A stretch of DNA of 46,490 nt from Myxococcota bacterium (GCA_040752415.1 JBFMGU010000059.1:1-46490), one strand, 5' to 3'; positions 1-9,153 are shown, counted from the stretch's first letter. Numbers and translations are program-made. Notes: generated by a model from the letters alone, not told the origin.

Positions 1-110
1 TGGACCCCGGCGCCAAGCCCGCCGAGGGCACCACTGCGCCGGCGCCGGCCGCCCCCGCCGCCCCGACGGGTGCCGCCCCCGCTGCGCCGGCCGGCGAAGA
101 GAAGAAGTGA
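1..110 (+). CDS. 3' end of a gene truncated by the window edge (Pro/Ala-rich tail ...APAAPAGEEKK*)
   Basis: Open frame from base 3 to TGA at 108-110 with GC3-biased codons; abuts the stop of the convergent next gene. Confidence 0.65.
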   Translation, partial: DPGAKPAEGTTAPAPAAPAAPTGAAPAAPAGEEKK

Positions 111-875
111 TCACCCTCCGGGCGTGATCCGGTAGCGGCCCGTCCCTTTCTCGACGGAAACCCTCGGAACACGCCGGTCCCGCTCAAACGCCACAAAGCC
201 CGGCTGCAGCTCCTCCCAGAACGCCACCAGCGCCTGGTTGGCGCCCGCGTGCCGGCGCAGCTCCTCCATCCCCGCCTCATCCATCCGACGTGGAAACACG
301 TGCACGGGAATGCTCTTCCCGCCGTGCAGCCGCGTGTCCAGCGCGATGACGTAGAGCTCCTCGATCGGGTCGTTCTCGATGGGGAGGCAGCCGATGGTGA
401 CGCAGTCGCCGTGGATGAAGACGTCGCCGCCGGGGCGGTGCTTGTCGCTGCGGATGCGGTCGGAGGCGTTGGGGTAGTTGAGGCCCAGCGAGAGATGGAA
501 GTTGCTATGCGGATTGAAGCGGTCCACCTCGTAGAAGCCTTCCGGGACCTGCAGGTCGCCCTCGCGACGCTTGGGGCCCAGCACACCCGACTTCTGGCAG
601 ATGGAATACGCCTTGATGAAAGTCAGCGCGCCGTCGCGCTTCTCGCCCGCCCACAGCTCCAGCACGCCCTCCTGCTTGAACGCGCGCAGGTAGATGGCGG
701 CGGGCGGGTAGGCCACCTTGGCGTCGGAGAAGGCCTGCTGGATGGCCTGCGTGCGGTTCTTGCGCGCCGTCACCACGCGGGGCGCGGCGTCCTGTCTGGC
801 GCGGAAATCCAGGCCCCAGCTCACTGCCACGGACAGCACTCCTGCCAACACCGTGAGGATGCGCACAAGTCGCAC
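111..875 (-). CDS. L,D-transpeptidase family protein (YkuD fold, YafK/DpaA-like), secreted
   Basis: Signal peptide; motifs GPKRREGDLQVPEGFY, FNPHSNFHLSLGLNYPN and catalytic HGDCVTIGC. Confidence 0.9.
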   Translation of the reverse strand: MRLVRILTVLAGVLSVAVSWGLDFRARQDAAPRVVTARKNRTQAIQQAFSDAKVAYPPAAIYLRAFKQEGVLELWAGEKRDGALTFIKAYSICQKSGVLGPKRREGDLQVPEGFYEVDRFNPHSNFHLSLGLNYPNASDRIRSDKHRPGGDVFIHGDCVTIGCLPIENDPIEELYVIALDTRLHGGKSIPVHVFPRRMDEAGMEELRRHAGANQALVAFWEELQPGFVAFERDRRVPRVSVEKGTGRYRITPGG

Positions 876-933
876 GGAGATCCTCCACCACGCCGTGTGC
901 CGTTAGACGACCCGCGCACGCGGAAGTTCTCCC

Positions 934-1488
934 TCACGCCACCGGCGTCAGCAGCACCACGGAGTAGCCCACCGCCGTCTCGCTCCCGGTGTTCGCGTAG
1001 CCGTGACGCTGGTCGCCGCGGAACACCACCACGTCACCGGGCGTGAGCCGGTAGGTCTCCCCGCCCACCGTCAGCGTGATCTCCCCGCGTTCACACGTCA
1101 GGTACTCGCGCGTGCCCGGCGTGTGCGGGATGCCCGTGAAGCGACCTCCCCGCGGCAGCTCCATGCGGTCGATCTCCATGCCCGGCGCCTTGTCGGGGAG
1201 CAGCTTGGAGACGGTGCAGGCCTCACGCTGCTTCAGCGGCAACGAGCCGCGGGGGTAGTGCCGCGCCCCGGCATGATTGCGGGAGATCAGCTCCTCGATG
1301 GACACCTGCAGCGCACCGGCCACGCTGTGCAACACCGTCAACGTGGGGTTGGCCGCGCCGGACTCCAGGTTGGCCCACGTGGCGCGCGGCAGGCCGGAGA
1401 GCTTGGCCATCTGCTGTTGGGTCAGGCCGCGCGCGTCGCGCAGGTGCTTGATGTTGCGGGCAAGCCGCGATGCCAGTTCCTCGCTCAT
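934..1488 (-). CDS. XRE-family transcriptional regulator (HTH_3 + cupin)
   Basis: Start trimmed to MSEELASRL; HTH LRDARGLTQQQMAKLSGLPRATWANLESGAANPTL; cupin PHTPGTREYL...FRGDQRHGYAN. Confidence 0.9.
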   Translation of the reverse strand: MSEELASRLARNIKHLRDARGLTQQQMAKLSGLPRATWANLESGAANPTLTVLHSVAGALQVSIEELISRNHAGARHYPRGSLPLKQREACTVSKLLPDKAPGMEIDRMELPRGGRFTGIPHTPGTREYLTCERGEITLTVGGETYRLTPGDVVVFRGDQRHGYANTGSETAVGYSVVLLTPVA

Positions 1489-1506
1489 GACGGCACGATA
1501 GCTCTT

Positions 1507-1532
1507 TGCCAATGCTTTGGCACGCCTGCCAA
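1507..1532. promoter_or_regulatory. Candidate operator: TGCCAA-N4-TTGGCA-N4-TGCCAA between the divergent regulator and SDR genes
   Basis: Three alternating hexamer boxes at 10-bp period in the 93-bp divergent intergenic region. Confidence 0.55.
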
Positions 1533-1581
1533 TGGACCGTCTCTCCCGCCGTACCTTGCCGGTGCGAAAGGAGAACGAACC

Positions 1582-2292
1582 ATGAAGGTCCAAGGCACGG
1601 CAGCACTGGTGACGGGAGGAAGTCGCGGGCTGGGGGAGGCGCTTGCGAGGGAGCTGGCGCGCCGGGGAGCGCGCGTGGTGGTGGTGGCGCGCAACGAGGC
1701 GGCGGCGGAGAAGGTGGCGGCGGACATCCGGGCGCAGGGTGGCATGGCGTACGCGCTCGCCGCCGACGTGGGGAACAAGCAGGACGTCTATCCGCTGGCG
1801 GGCGCGGCGGCGGCGCTGGTGGGGCCGATTGATCTGCTCATCCACAACGCCAGCACGCTGGGGCCGCTGCCCATGCCGCTCTTGATGGACACCGAGTGCG
1901 AGGACCTGCAGCGCGTCCTCGAGGTGAACCTGGTGGGTCCGTTCCGGCTCACCAAGGCGGTGGCGGGGAACATGGTGCTGCGTCGAAGGGGCACGGTGGT
2001 GCACCTCAGCTCCGACGCGGCGGTGAACGCCTATCCGCGCTGGGGCGCGTACGGCGTGTCCAAGGCCGCGCAGGATCATCTCTCGAGGACACTGGCCGCG
2101 GAGCTGGCGGATACCGGCGTGCGCTTTGTCAGCGTGGACCCCGGCGAGATGGATACGCAGATGCACGCGGACGCCATGCCCGACGCAGACCGCACCACGC
2201 TGGCCGACCCGCGCAAGGTGGCCGCGCGCATCGTGGATCTCGTCGAGGAGGAGGCGTTGCCCAACGGTTCCCGGAAGGAGGTGCGCGCATGA
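1582..2292 (+). CDS. Short-chain dehydrogenase/reductase (SDR)
   Basis: AAAGGAG RBS; TGGSRGLG Rossmann motif; catalytic YGVSK (YxxxK); DPGEMDT. Confidence 0.92.
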   Translation: MKVQGTAALVTGGSRGLGEALARELARRGARVVVVARNEAAAEKVAADIRAQGGMAYALAADVGNKQDVYPLAGAAAALVGPIDLLIHNASTLGPLPMPLLMDTECEDLQRVLEVNLVGPFRLTKAVAGNMVLRRRGTVVHLSSDAAVNAYPRWGAYGVSKAAQDHLSRTLAAELADTGVRFVSVDPGEMDTQMHADAMPDADRTTLADPRKVAARIVDLVEEEALPNGSRKEVRA

Positions 2293-3311
2293 GCCCCGCC
2301 GCCTGGCCCCGCACCGAGAAGCTCGACGAGAAGCTCCTCCACATCGACCCCCGCCGCGAGACGTTCACGGACCTCACGGTGCGCAACTTCGCCTCGCTGC
2401 TGCGCGAGGGGGATCTTCTCGTCGTCAATGATGCGGCCACGCTGCCGGGCTCCCTGCGTGGAAAGACCGCGGGTGGGCTGCCGGTGGAGGTCCGACTGCT
2501 GGCCCACGACGTGGGAAGCTGGACCGCCGTGCTGTTTGGCCCCGGCGACTGGCGCACGCCCACCGAGCACCGTCCTCCGCCTCCCACGCTCCGTCCCGGC
2601 GAGATCATCATGTTCTCCGACGGGCTCACCGCGTCCGTGTGGTCGGTGTCGACGATCTCGCGCCGCCTGGTGGTGCTGCGGTTCAACCGCGAGGGCGCCG
2701 CGTTGTGGAGCGCGCTCTACGGGCAGGGGGCGCCGGTGCAGTACGCGTACATGAAGGGGCCGCTCGACCTGTGGCTGGTGCAGAACGGCTACGGCGCGCG
2801 GCCGTGGGCGGTGGAGCTGCCCTCGGCGGGGCGGCCGCTGAAGTGGGAGCTGTTGCTGGACCTGACGCGGAAGGGCGTGCGGATGGCGCGGCTCACGCAC
2901 GGCGCCGGGCTCTCCTCGACGGGCGACCCGGAGCTGGACGCCGCGCTGCCCCTGCCGGAGCGCTACGACATCCCCGCGGAAACCGTTCGTCTCGTCGAGG
3001 AGACGCGCGAGGGCGGCGCACGGGTGGTGGCGGTGGGGACCAGCGTGGTGCGCGCGCTCGAGGGGAACGTGGCCACGCACGGTCGGCTCACCGCCGGGGA
3101 AGGTGTCACCGACGTGTTGTTGGGACCGGGCTATCGCCCCCGCGTGGTGCACGGCCTGCTCACCGGGATGCATGAGCCCACCGGTAGTCACTTCGCGCTG
3201 CTGGCCGCGTTTGCTCCGCCCGCCCTCATCCAGCGCGCCTACCGACGGGCGGAAGAGCTGGGCTACCTGTGTCACGAGTTCGGCGACTCCAACCTGATTC
3301 TCGCGTCGTGA
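2289..3311 (+). CDS. QueA-like protein (S-adenosylmethionine:tRNA ribosyltransferase-isomerase family, divergent paralog type)
   Basis: ATGA overlap with the SDR stop; GDLLVVNDAATLP, VAVGTSVVRALE, LTGMHEP, HEFGDSNLI. Canonical PLPPYI and AAPTAGLHF motifs are altered. Confidence 0.85.
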   Translation: MSPAAWPRTEKLDEKLLHIDPRRETFTDLTVRNFASLLREGDLLVVNDAATLPGSLRGKTAGGLPVEVRLLAHDVGSWTAVLFGPGDWRTPTEHRPPPPTLRPGEIIMFSDGLTASVWSVSTISRRLVVLRFNREGAALWSALYGQGAPVQYAYMKGPLDLWLVQNGYGARPWAVELPSAGRPLKWELLLDLTRKGVRMARLTHGAGLSSTGDPELDAALPLPERYDIPAETVRLVEETREGGARVVAVGTSVVRALEGNVATHGRLTAGEGVTDVLLGPGYRPRVVHGLLTGMHEPTGSHFALLAAFAPPALIQRAYRRAEELGYLCHEFGDSNLILAS

Positions 3312-3329
3312 CCCGGGCGGTGTGGTCGG

Positions 3330-3575
3330 CGAACACCTAACCCCCCACGTTCATGCCGCTGCGCCCAATGGCCCCCCTTCCCCAGTCCCAATCTTCCGTC
3401 GTCACCGAGCCGGGGAAGGGGGGCAATCGGTGCGTCCCACAGCAGTTTTCCGTCGAGAGAACGCCTCGACCCCAAGGCGTGCCCCCCTTCCCCCGCTCGG
3501 TGACGACGGCAGATTGGGACTGGGGAAGGGGGGCCATTGAGCGCAGCGGCATCAACGTGGGGGGTTAGGTGTTCG
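3330..3575. repeat. Long inverted repeat: 96-bp arms (92/96 identical) with a 54-nt loop; MITE/REPIN-like
   Basis: Arms 3330-3425 and 3480-3575 compared by eye; each arm holds an internal GCCCCCCTTCCCC/GGGGAAGGGGGGC palindrome. Confidence 0.9.
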
Positions 3576-3732
3576 ACCGCCGCCGGAACCGGGAAACACC
3601 GCACCCAAGTTGGTTGGCAGAAAGCCAAGAACATCGGTGCAAGGACCCGCCCCAAGAACGCGCTTGACCCTCCTCCCGGTCACCGGTAGGCCGCGTCTTC
3701 CCGTTTCACGACGGAAACGGGAGGAGATGACC

Positions 3733-6687
3733 ATGACGGACGAGACCCAGGCTCAGACGGCAGCGCAGGCGGAAGGCGACAAGTACTCGGCCACCGTGCG
3801 GCTCCCGCGCACCGACTTCCCCATGAAGGCGAACCTCCCCCAGTTGGAGCCCAAGCTCCTCGAGCGGTGGGAGTCCGGGAAGCTCTACGCCAAGGTCATC
3901 CAGAAGAACCAGGGCCGCCCGCTCTTCGTCTTCCACGACGGACCGCCGTACGCCAACGGCAACATCCACCACGGCCACATCCTCAACAAGACGCTGAAGG
4001 ACATGGTGGTGAAGTACCGGAACATGGCCGGCTGGCTCACCAACTTCGTCCCCGGCTGGGACTGTCACGGTCTGCCCATCGAGCTCAACGTCGACAAGGC
4101 GCTGGGGAAGGACAAGGCCAACAAGAGCAAGACGGAGTTCCGCACGCTGTGTCGCAAGGAGGCGGAGAAGTGGATTGACGTCCAGCGCAACGACTTCAAG
4201 CGCCTGGGCGTGCTCGGCGAGTGGGAGCATCCGTACCTGACCATCAACCCCGGGTACGAGGCCAGCGTGGTGCGCGAGCTGGCGCGTTTTGCCGACGGAA
4301 ACGGCCTCTACAAGGGCTTCAAGCCGGTGCACTGGTGCTGGTCGTGCAAGACGGCGCTGGCGGAAGCCGAGGTGGAGTACGAGAACCACAAGAGCCCCAG
4401 CACCTACGTGACCTTCCCCATCACCGACGAGGCCACGCGCAAGGCGCTCAATCCCAGGCTCGCCGGTGAGATGGTCAGCGCGCTCATCTGGACCACCACG
4501 CCGTGGACGCTGCCCGCCAACCGCGCCATTGCCGTGGGACCCGCCAGCTTCAAGTACGCCGCGTGGCGCGTGGCCGGGACGCAGGAGCGCGTGGTCATTG
4601 CGCAGGACCTCAAGGCCGCCGTCGAGGAGGCCATCGGCAAGAAGCTGGAGGACCCGGTTGACGTCGACATCGACGCGGTGAGTGGCGCGGAGGCCAAGGC
4701 CGCGGGTCGACTGGCGGACCACCCGTTCCTGCTGCAGAACGGGAAGCCCATGCGCGTGCCGTTCCTCCCCGGTGAGCACGTGCTGCTCGAGCGCGGTACC
4801 GGCATGGTCCACACCGCGCCCGGCCACGGTCCCGAGGACTACGTGCTGGGCAAGAAGTTCGACATCGAGATCGCCAACCCGGTGGGCCCCGACGGTCGCT
4901 ACCTCTCGACGGTGGGCGTGCCCGCGCTGGAAGGCCTTCACGTGGCGCGCGCCACCAAGGACGTGGTGGTGGACGGTCGACACATCCAGCACAAGAGCGC
5001 CAATGACGCGGTGTTGGAGCTCCTCGTCGAGAACGGGCGGCTGCTCAGCCCGCGCACCGCGGTGATGGAGCACGAGTACCCGCACTGCTGGCGCTGCAAG
5101 AATCCCATCATCTTCCGCGCCACGGAGCAGTGGTTCATCAGCATGGAGAGCACGCAGCTGCGCAAGCGCGCGCTCGAGGCCATCGAGAAGGTGGAGTGGA
5201 TCCCCAACTGGGGCATCCAGCGCATCCGCGGCATGCTGGAAGCCCGTCCGGACTGGTGCATCAGTCGACAGCGTGCGTGGGGCGTGCCCATCCCCGCGTT
5301 CGTGTGCACGAAGTGCGGGAACCACGTGGCCTCGCGCGCCGTCATCAATCACGTGGCGGACATCTTCGAGAAGCACGGGGCGGATGCGTGGTGGTCGCGC
5401 TCCGTCGACGAGCTGAAGCCCGCGGGCCTGACCTGCCCGGGCTGCAAGGGCACCGAGTTCCGGCTGGAGGAGGACATCCTGGACGTGTGGTTCGAGTCCG
5501 GCGCGTCCTTTGCCGCCGTGTGCGACCGGCCCGAGCACAAGCACCTGGGCCTGCCCGTGGACCTCTACCTCGAGGGAAGCGACCAGCACCGCGGGTGGTT
5601 CCACTCCACGCTGCTCACGGCCGTCGGTGGGCGCGGCATGGTGCCGTACAAGAGCGTGTTGACGCACGGTTTCGTCGTCGACGCGCAGGGGCGCAAGTAC
5701 TCCAAGAGCAGCCCCAACTTCGAGCCGCCCGAGAACATCATCAAGAAGCACGGCGCGGAGCTGTTCCGCCTCTGGGTTGCCGCCACCGACTACACCGGCG
5801 ACATCCGCATTGGCCCGGAGATCCTCACGCGCCTGTCGGAGAGCTACCGCAAGACGCGCAACACGCTGCGCTTCATGCTCGGCAACCTGAACCCCGCGGA
5901 CTTCGACCCGCGGAAGCACCTCGTGGCGCGGGACAGCCTGGCCCTGCTGGACCGTTACGTGCTCGCGCGGTTCAGCCAGGTGATCTCGCGCGTGCGGCAG
6001 GCGTACGAGAAGTACGAGTTCCACGTGGTCCACCACGCCATCAACGAGTTCGTGACGGTGGACCTGAGCGCGTTCTATCTCGACGTCATCAAGGACATCC
6101 TGTACTGCGACCCGCAGGAGTCGCCGCGTCGTCGTTCCGCGCAGACCGCGCTCTACCACCTGACCAAGGGCATGCTGACGCTGCTGGCGCCCATCCTCTC
6201 TTTCACGGCGGAAGAGGCCTGGAGCTACCTCCCCGACGACGGAAACAAGGCCGAGAGCGTGCACCTGAGCGAGATGCCCACGCCCGCCGACGGCTACGAC
6301 CGCGAGGACAAGGCGAACATCCTGGACCGCTTCCAGCGACTGCTGGCGGTGCGGGCCGAGGTGCAGCGGGCCATGGAGCCGTTCCGGGCGCAGAAGCGCG
6401 CGCCCCTGCAGGCCAAGGTGGAGCTGAGCTGCCCCTTCGAGCTGCGCGACTTCCTCAATGGCTTCGGCCATGACCTGCCGGGCCTGTTCATCGTCAGTGC
6501 GGTGGAGCTGATGGAGCAGAACAAGGGCGCGGACTTCGTCGACGCGGCGGAGGTGAGCGGCCTGCGCATCCGCGTGACCGAGGCGCCGGGCAGCAAGTGC
6601 GCGCGGTGCTGGACGTACACGCCGGAGGTGGGCACCCACGCCAAGCACCCGCTGTTGTGCACGCGGTGTGCGCAGGCGGTGGGCTGA
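3733..6687 (+). CDS. ileS: Isoleucine--tRNA ligase (IleRS type 1)
   Basis: GAGGAG RBS at 3721-3726; LPRTDFPMKANL, HDGPPYANG, WTTTPWTLP, DWCISRQRAWG, YLEGSDQHRGWF; C-terminal CARCW...CTRC zinc finger. Confidence 0.98.
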   Translation: MTDETQAQTAAQAEGDKYSATVRLPRTDFPMKANLPQLEPKLLERWESGKLYAKVIQKNQGRPLFVFHDGPPYANGNIHHGHILNKTLKDMVVKYRNMAGWLTNFVPGWDCHGLPIELNVDKALGKDKANKSKTEFRTLCRKEAEKWIDVQRNDFKRLGVLGEWEHPYLTINPGYEASVVRELARFADGNGLYKGFKPVHWCWSCKTALAEAEVEYENHKSPSTYVTFPITDEATRKALNPRLAGEMVSALIWTTTPWTLPANRAIAVGPASFKYAAWRVAGTQERVVIAQDLKAAVEEAIGKKLEDPVDVDIDAVSGAEAKAAGRLADHPFLLQNGKPMRVPFLPGEHVLLERGTGMVHTAPGHGPEDYVLGKKFDIEIANPVGPDGRYLSTVGVPALEGLHVARATKDVVVDGRHIQHKSANDAVLELLVENGRLLSPRTAVMEHEYPHCWRCKNPIIFRATEQWFISMESTQLRKRALEAIEKVEWIPNWGIQRIRGMLEARPDWCISRQRAWGVPIPAFVCTKCGNHVASRAVINHVADIFEKHGADAWWSRSVDELKPAGLTCPGCKGTEFRLEEDILDVWFESGASFAAVCDRPEHKHLGLPVDLYLEGSDQHRGWFHSTLLTAVGGRGMVPYKSVLTHGFVVDAQGRKYSKSSPNFEPPENIIKKHGAELFRLWVAATDYTGDIRIGPEILTRLSESYRKTRNTLRFMLGNLNPADFDPRKHLVARDSLALLDRYVLARFSQVISRVRQAYEKYEFHVVHHAINEFVTVDLSAFYLDVIKDILYCDPQESPRRRSAQTALYHLTKGMLTLLAPILSFTAEEAWSYLPDDGNKAESVHLSEMPTPADGYDREDKANILDRFQRLLAVRAEVQRAMEPFRAQKRAPLQAKVELSCPFELRDFLNGFGHDLPGLFIVSAVELMEQNKGADFVDAAEVSGLRIRVTEAPGSKCARCWTYTPEVGTHAKHPLLCTRCAQAVG

Positions 6688-6708
6688 GCGTTCCGTTATC
6701 TGTCCCGC

Positions 6709-7392
6709 ATGACGCCACCGCTGCACGTCAAGCACCTGGGCACGGTGCCCTACGTCGACGGGCTGCGCATCCAGCGTGAGCTGCGCGAGGCGCGGCTGCG
6801 TGATGACGTGGAAGACACGCTGCTCCTGCTGGAGCATCCCCCGGTCATCACCGTGACGCGGCGACATGGTCGCGCCAATGTGCTGGTGGATGACGCCACG
6901 CTGGCCGCCCGCGGCGTGGAGCTGCACGAGGCCGACCGGGGTGGCGACGTCACCGCGCACGCGCCGGGGCAGCTGGTGGCGTACCCGGTGGTGAAGCTGC
7001 ACGGGGCGGAGAAGGACCTGCCGCGCTACGTGCGCAACCTGGAGGGCGCGGTCATCGACGTGCTCGCGCAGTATGGGCTCGTCGGGGTGCGTGTGCCGGG
7101 GGAGAGCGGCGTGTTCATGGAGCCGACGGTCGAGGGGGGACGGTTGGAGAAGGTGTGCGCCATTGGGGTGAAGGGGACACGCTGGGTGATGAGCCACGGG
7201 TTGGCGCTGAATGTGCGAACGGACCTTAGTGTGTTTTCGCTGATTGTGCCGTGTGGGTTGCAGCACCGCGGGGTGACCAGCCTGCGTGAGCGGCTGGGGG
7301 AGGGCGCGCCGAGTGTCGGCGAGGCGGGTGTGCGTTTGGCGGAGGCGTTGGCGCGTTCACTGGGGCGGATGCTGGCGGCCCCAGGGCAATAG
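6709..7392 (+). CDS. lipB: Lipoyl(octanoyl) transferase
   Basis: LLLLEHPPVIT, DRGGDVTAHAPGQLVAYP, KVCAIGV, HGLALNV, IVPCGL. Confidence 0.95.
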   Translation: MTPPLHVKHLGTVPYVDGLRIQRELREARLRDDVEDTLLLLEHPPVITVTRRHGRANVLVDDATLAARGVELHEADRGGDVTAHAPGQLVAYPVVKLHGAEKDLPRYVRNLEGAVIDVLAQYGLVGVRVPGESGVFMEPTVEGGRLEKVCAIGVKGTRWVMSHGLALNVRTDLSVFSLIVPCGLQHRGVTSLRERLGEGAPSVGEAGVRLAEALARSLGRMLAAPGQ

Positions 7393-7454
7393 GTGTGCAA
7401 TGCTCCACCTCAATGCCTGTTCCAGCCAGCTACAACTCCTCAGGCACCACCAGA

Positions 7455-7946
7455 ATGGCACGCTACTCTTCCGTCTACGCGGTTCCTGTGCCCGTTCCAC
7501 AGGGCAGACTAAGCATCATTAGCCGTCCCCGCGGCAACGACTGGCTTGACGACGAGCTCCGCGCACTGCGCTACGACGGTGTGACTCACGTCGTCTCTCT
7601 CCTGGAACCCGCCGAAGCCAGCGACCTGGGTCTCACCGACGAGGCCGCGGCCGCTCAACGGCAGGGACTCCGGTGCACCAACATCCCCGTCCGTGACCGC
7701 TCCGTTCCGTCTGACCCGAAGGCCTTCCGCGACCACGCATTCCGCCTTGCTCAATCGATTCGAGACGGAGAGTCCCTCGGCATCCACTGCCGCCAGAGCG
7801 TCGGTCGCTCCTCCCTGTTGACCATCGCAATCCTGCGACACCTCGGCTTGGACCTCGATACGGCCATCGCCCGCGTACAGGGCGCTCGAGGATTGCCCAT
7901 TCCGGAAACTCCGGAACAACTTGCATGGCTTCGTCAGGCGCTCTGA
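7455..7946 (+). CDS. Cys-based protein tyrosine/dual-specificity phosphatase
   Basis: CX5R loop HCRQSVGRS; PVRDRSVP acid loop; PETPEQ. Start uncertain (alternative ATG at 7413). Confidence 0.85.
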   Translation: MARYSSVYAVPVPVPQGRLSIISRPRGNDWLDDELRALRYDGVTHVVSLLEPAEASDLGLTDEAAAAQRQGLRCTNIPVRDRSVPSDPKAFRDHAFRLAQSIRDGESLGIHCRQSVGRSSLLTIAILRHLGLDLDTAIARVQGARGLPIPETPEQLAWLRQAL

Positions 7947-8269
7947 TCCGCGTTGTGCGCCTGCGCCTCCCCGCTGACGTCGCCGAACCCTTCGGTGGCA
8001 ACACTGCCCCCGGGAAGGCCCGCTGCTGACCCCGCCGACACTGGGGACTGGACCCGGAGTTCGTCAGCTTCCCGGCGCGGAAGCTCTCGGCGTTGGAGTC
8101 GCATTCCGGCTCGGCGTCCAAGGAGAAGCTCCGACACGAGGCATGGGAAGAATGACGCGGAGGGCGCAGCCCATGTCACCCCGCCATCCAAACAAAGGCA
8201 CGGCCGAGAACTCGTGGTGGGGAATGGGGCTTCGGTGACTCGCCCTCGGTCGAACGCGGGCCGCCAGCG

Positions 8270-9103
8270 TCAGGCCCGGCCAGCCCATTCCCACCAGGCA
8301 TGAGATGCTGGAATCCCGGGCCACGGCTTCACCGGCTTCTCCCTCTTCGCACGTTCGGCAATGGCGGCGTCCAACAGTGAGGTGTCCACGTCATCCAGTA
8401 CGGACGCCCCCGCGGCGCGAGCAAGATCCAACAGGCACTGCAGTCCGGACCGACGCTGACAGTGGCGCTCCCACGCCGCCTGCCATTCCGGTGTGGGCTT
8501 GCGGACGTCGTCACGCAGGGATGCCACGGCCCCATTGATGGCACCCACCGCTTGCGCGAGCGCAACCCCGTGCTCCTCGAACCACCCCCGCACCAGCTCG
8601 CTTAGCTCCGGCGCGTGATTCGTCTCGCATAGCCGCCCGATCGACAGGAAATAGCCCCACAGCACCTCGACCCTGGTCTTGGCGTTTGGGTTTGTCGGGT
8701 CGACGTCGACCAGCACCTCCCCCGCGCGTCGCAATTCTGCGGCCAGGAATGCCCCCGTGGGACCCTTCATGACGTCGGCGACCTCATCCACGGTGAGGGT
8801 AATGTCCGGTTCCCCATCCCTCCCGGTGAACGGCCGCTGTCGCGTCAATGCGCGTTCAATGAACTGACGAACCACCCCCGGCTTCACGATCGCCCGCTGG
8901 TGGAGTGACCACCCGTCCTGATGGGCCGCGGACATGCTGTAGTAGGGCACGGTGACGAAGAGCCATTGGCCATGCTGGCCCGACACGAATGCCTCATCCG
9001 TCGTCACCACGACGTTGATTCCATGGTCCGTACCCTTCGCGCGCCAGAAGTAGCGACGGTTTCCAACGGTGATGGACCGCATTCCCTTCCGCGACGCGCC
9101 CAT
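8270..9103 (-). CDS. Hypothetical protein, probably two-domain, ending PGIPASHAWW
   Basis: GGAGGA RBS before ATG at 9103; protein-like composition. The upstream part of the 405-aa track ORF runs through a gene relic. Confidence 0.65.
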   Translation of the reverse strand: MGASRKGMRSITVGNRRYFWRAKGTDHGINVVVTTDEAFVSGQHGQWLFVTVPYYSMSAAHQDGWSLHQRAIVKPGVVRQFIERALTRQRPFTGRDGEPDITLTVDEVADVMKGPTGAFLAAELRRAGEVLVDVDPTNPNAKTRVEVLWGYFLSIGRLCETNHAPELSELVRGWFEEHGVALAQAVGAINGAVASLRDDVRKPTPEWQAAWERHCQRRSGLQCLLDLARAAGASVLDDVDTSLLDAAIAERAKREKPVKPWPGIPASHAWWEWAGRA

Positions 9104-9153
9104 GGGTTCCTCCGCCAGCCCACCTCGTTGTGGCTCGGACAGGTCGTGCCAGT

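Noticed and set aside
1518..1533. Sigma-54 promoter at TGGCAC upstream of the SDR gene
   Set aside because: The -12 position reads CCAAT rather than TTGC; better explained as operator boxes.
3576..3732. T-box riboswitch upstream of ileS
   Set aside because: No GGTGG.ACC-type T-box sequence or specifier stem recognisable.
3706..7266. Very long antisense ORFs (also 26787-29852, 31834-35124, 41042-43471, 16710-18968)
   Set aside because: Shadow frames of well-supported genes, expected in high-GC DNA; no family motifs.
7990..8090. Cobalamin-riboswitch-like CACTG...GGGAAGGC
   Set aside because: Other conserved elements are missing, and the region lies between convergent genes with nothing downstream to regulate.
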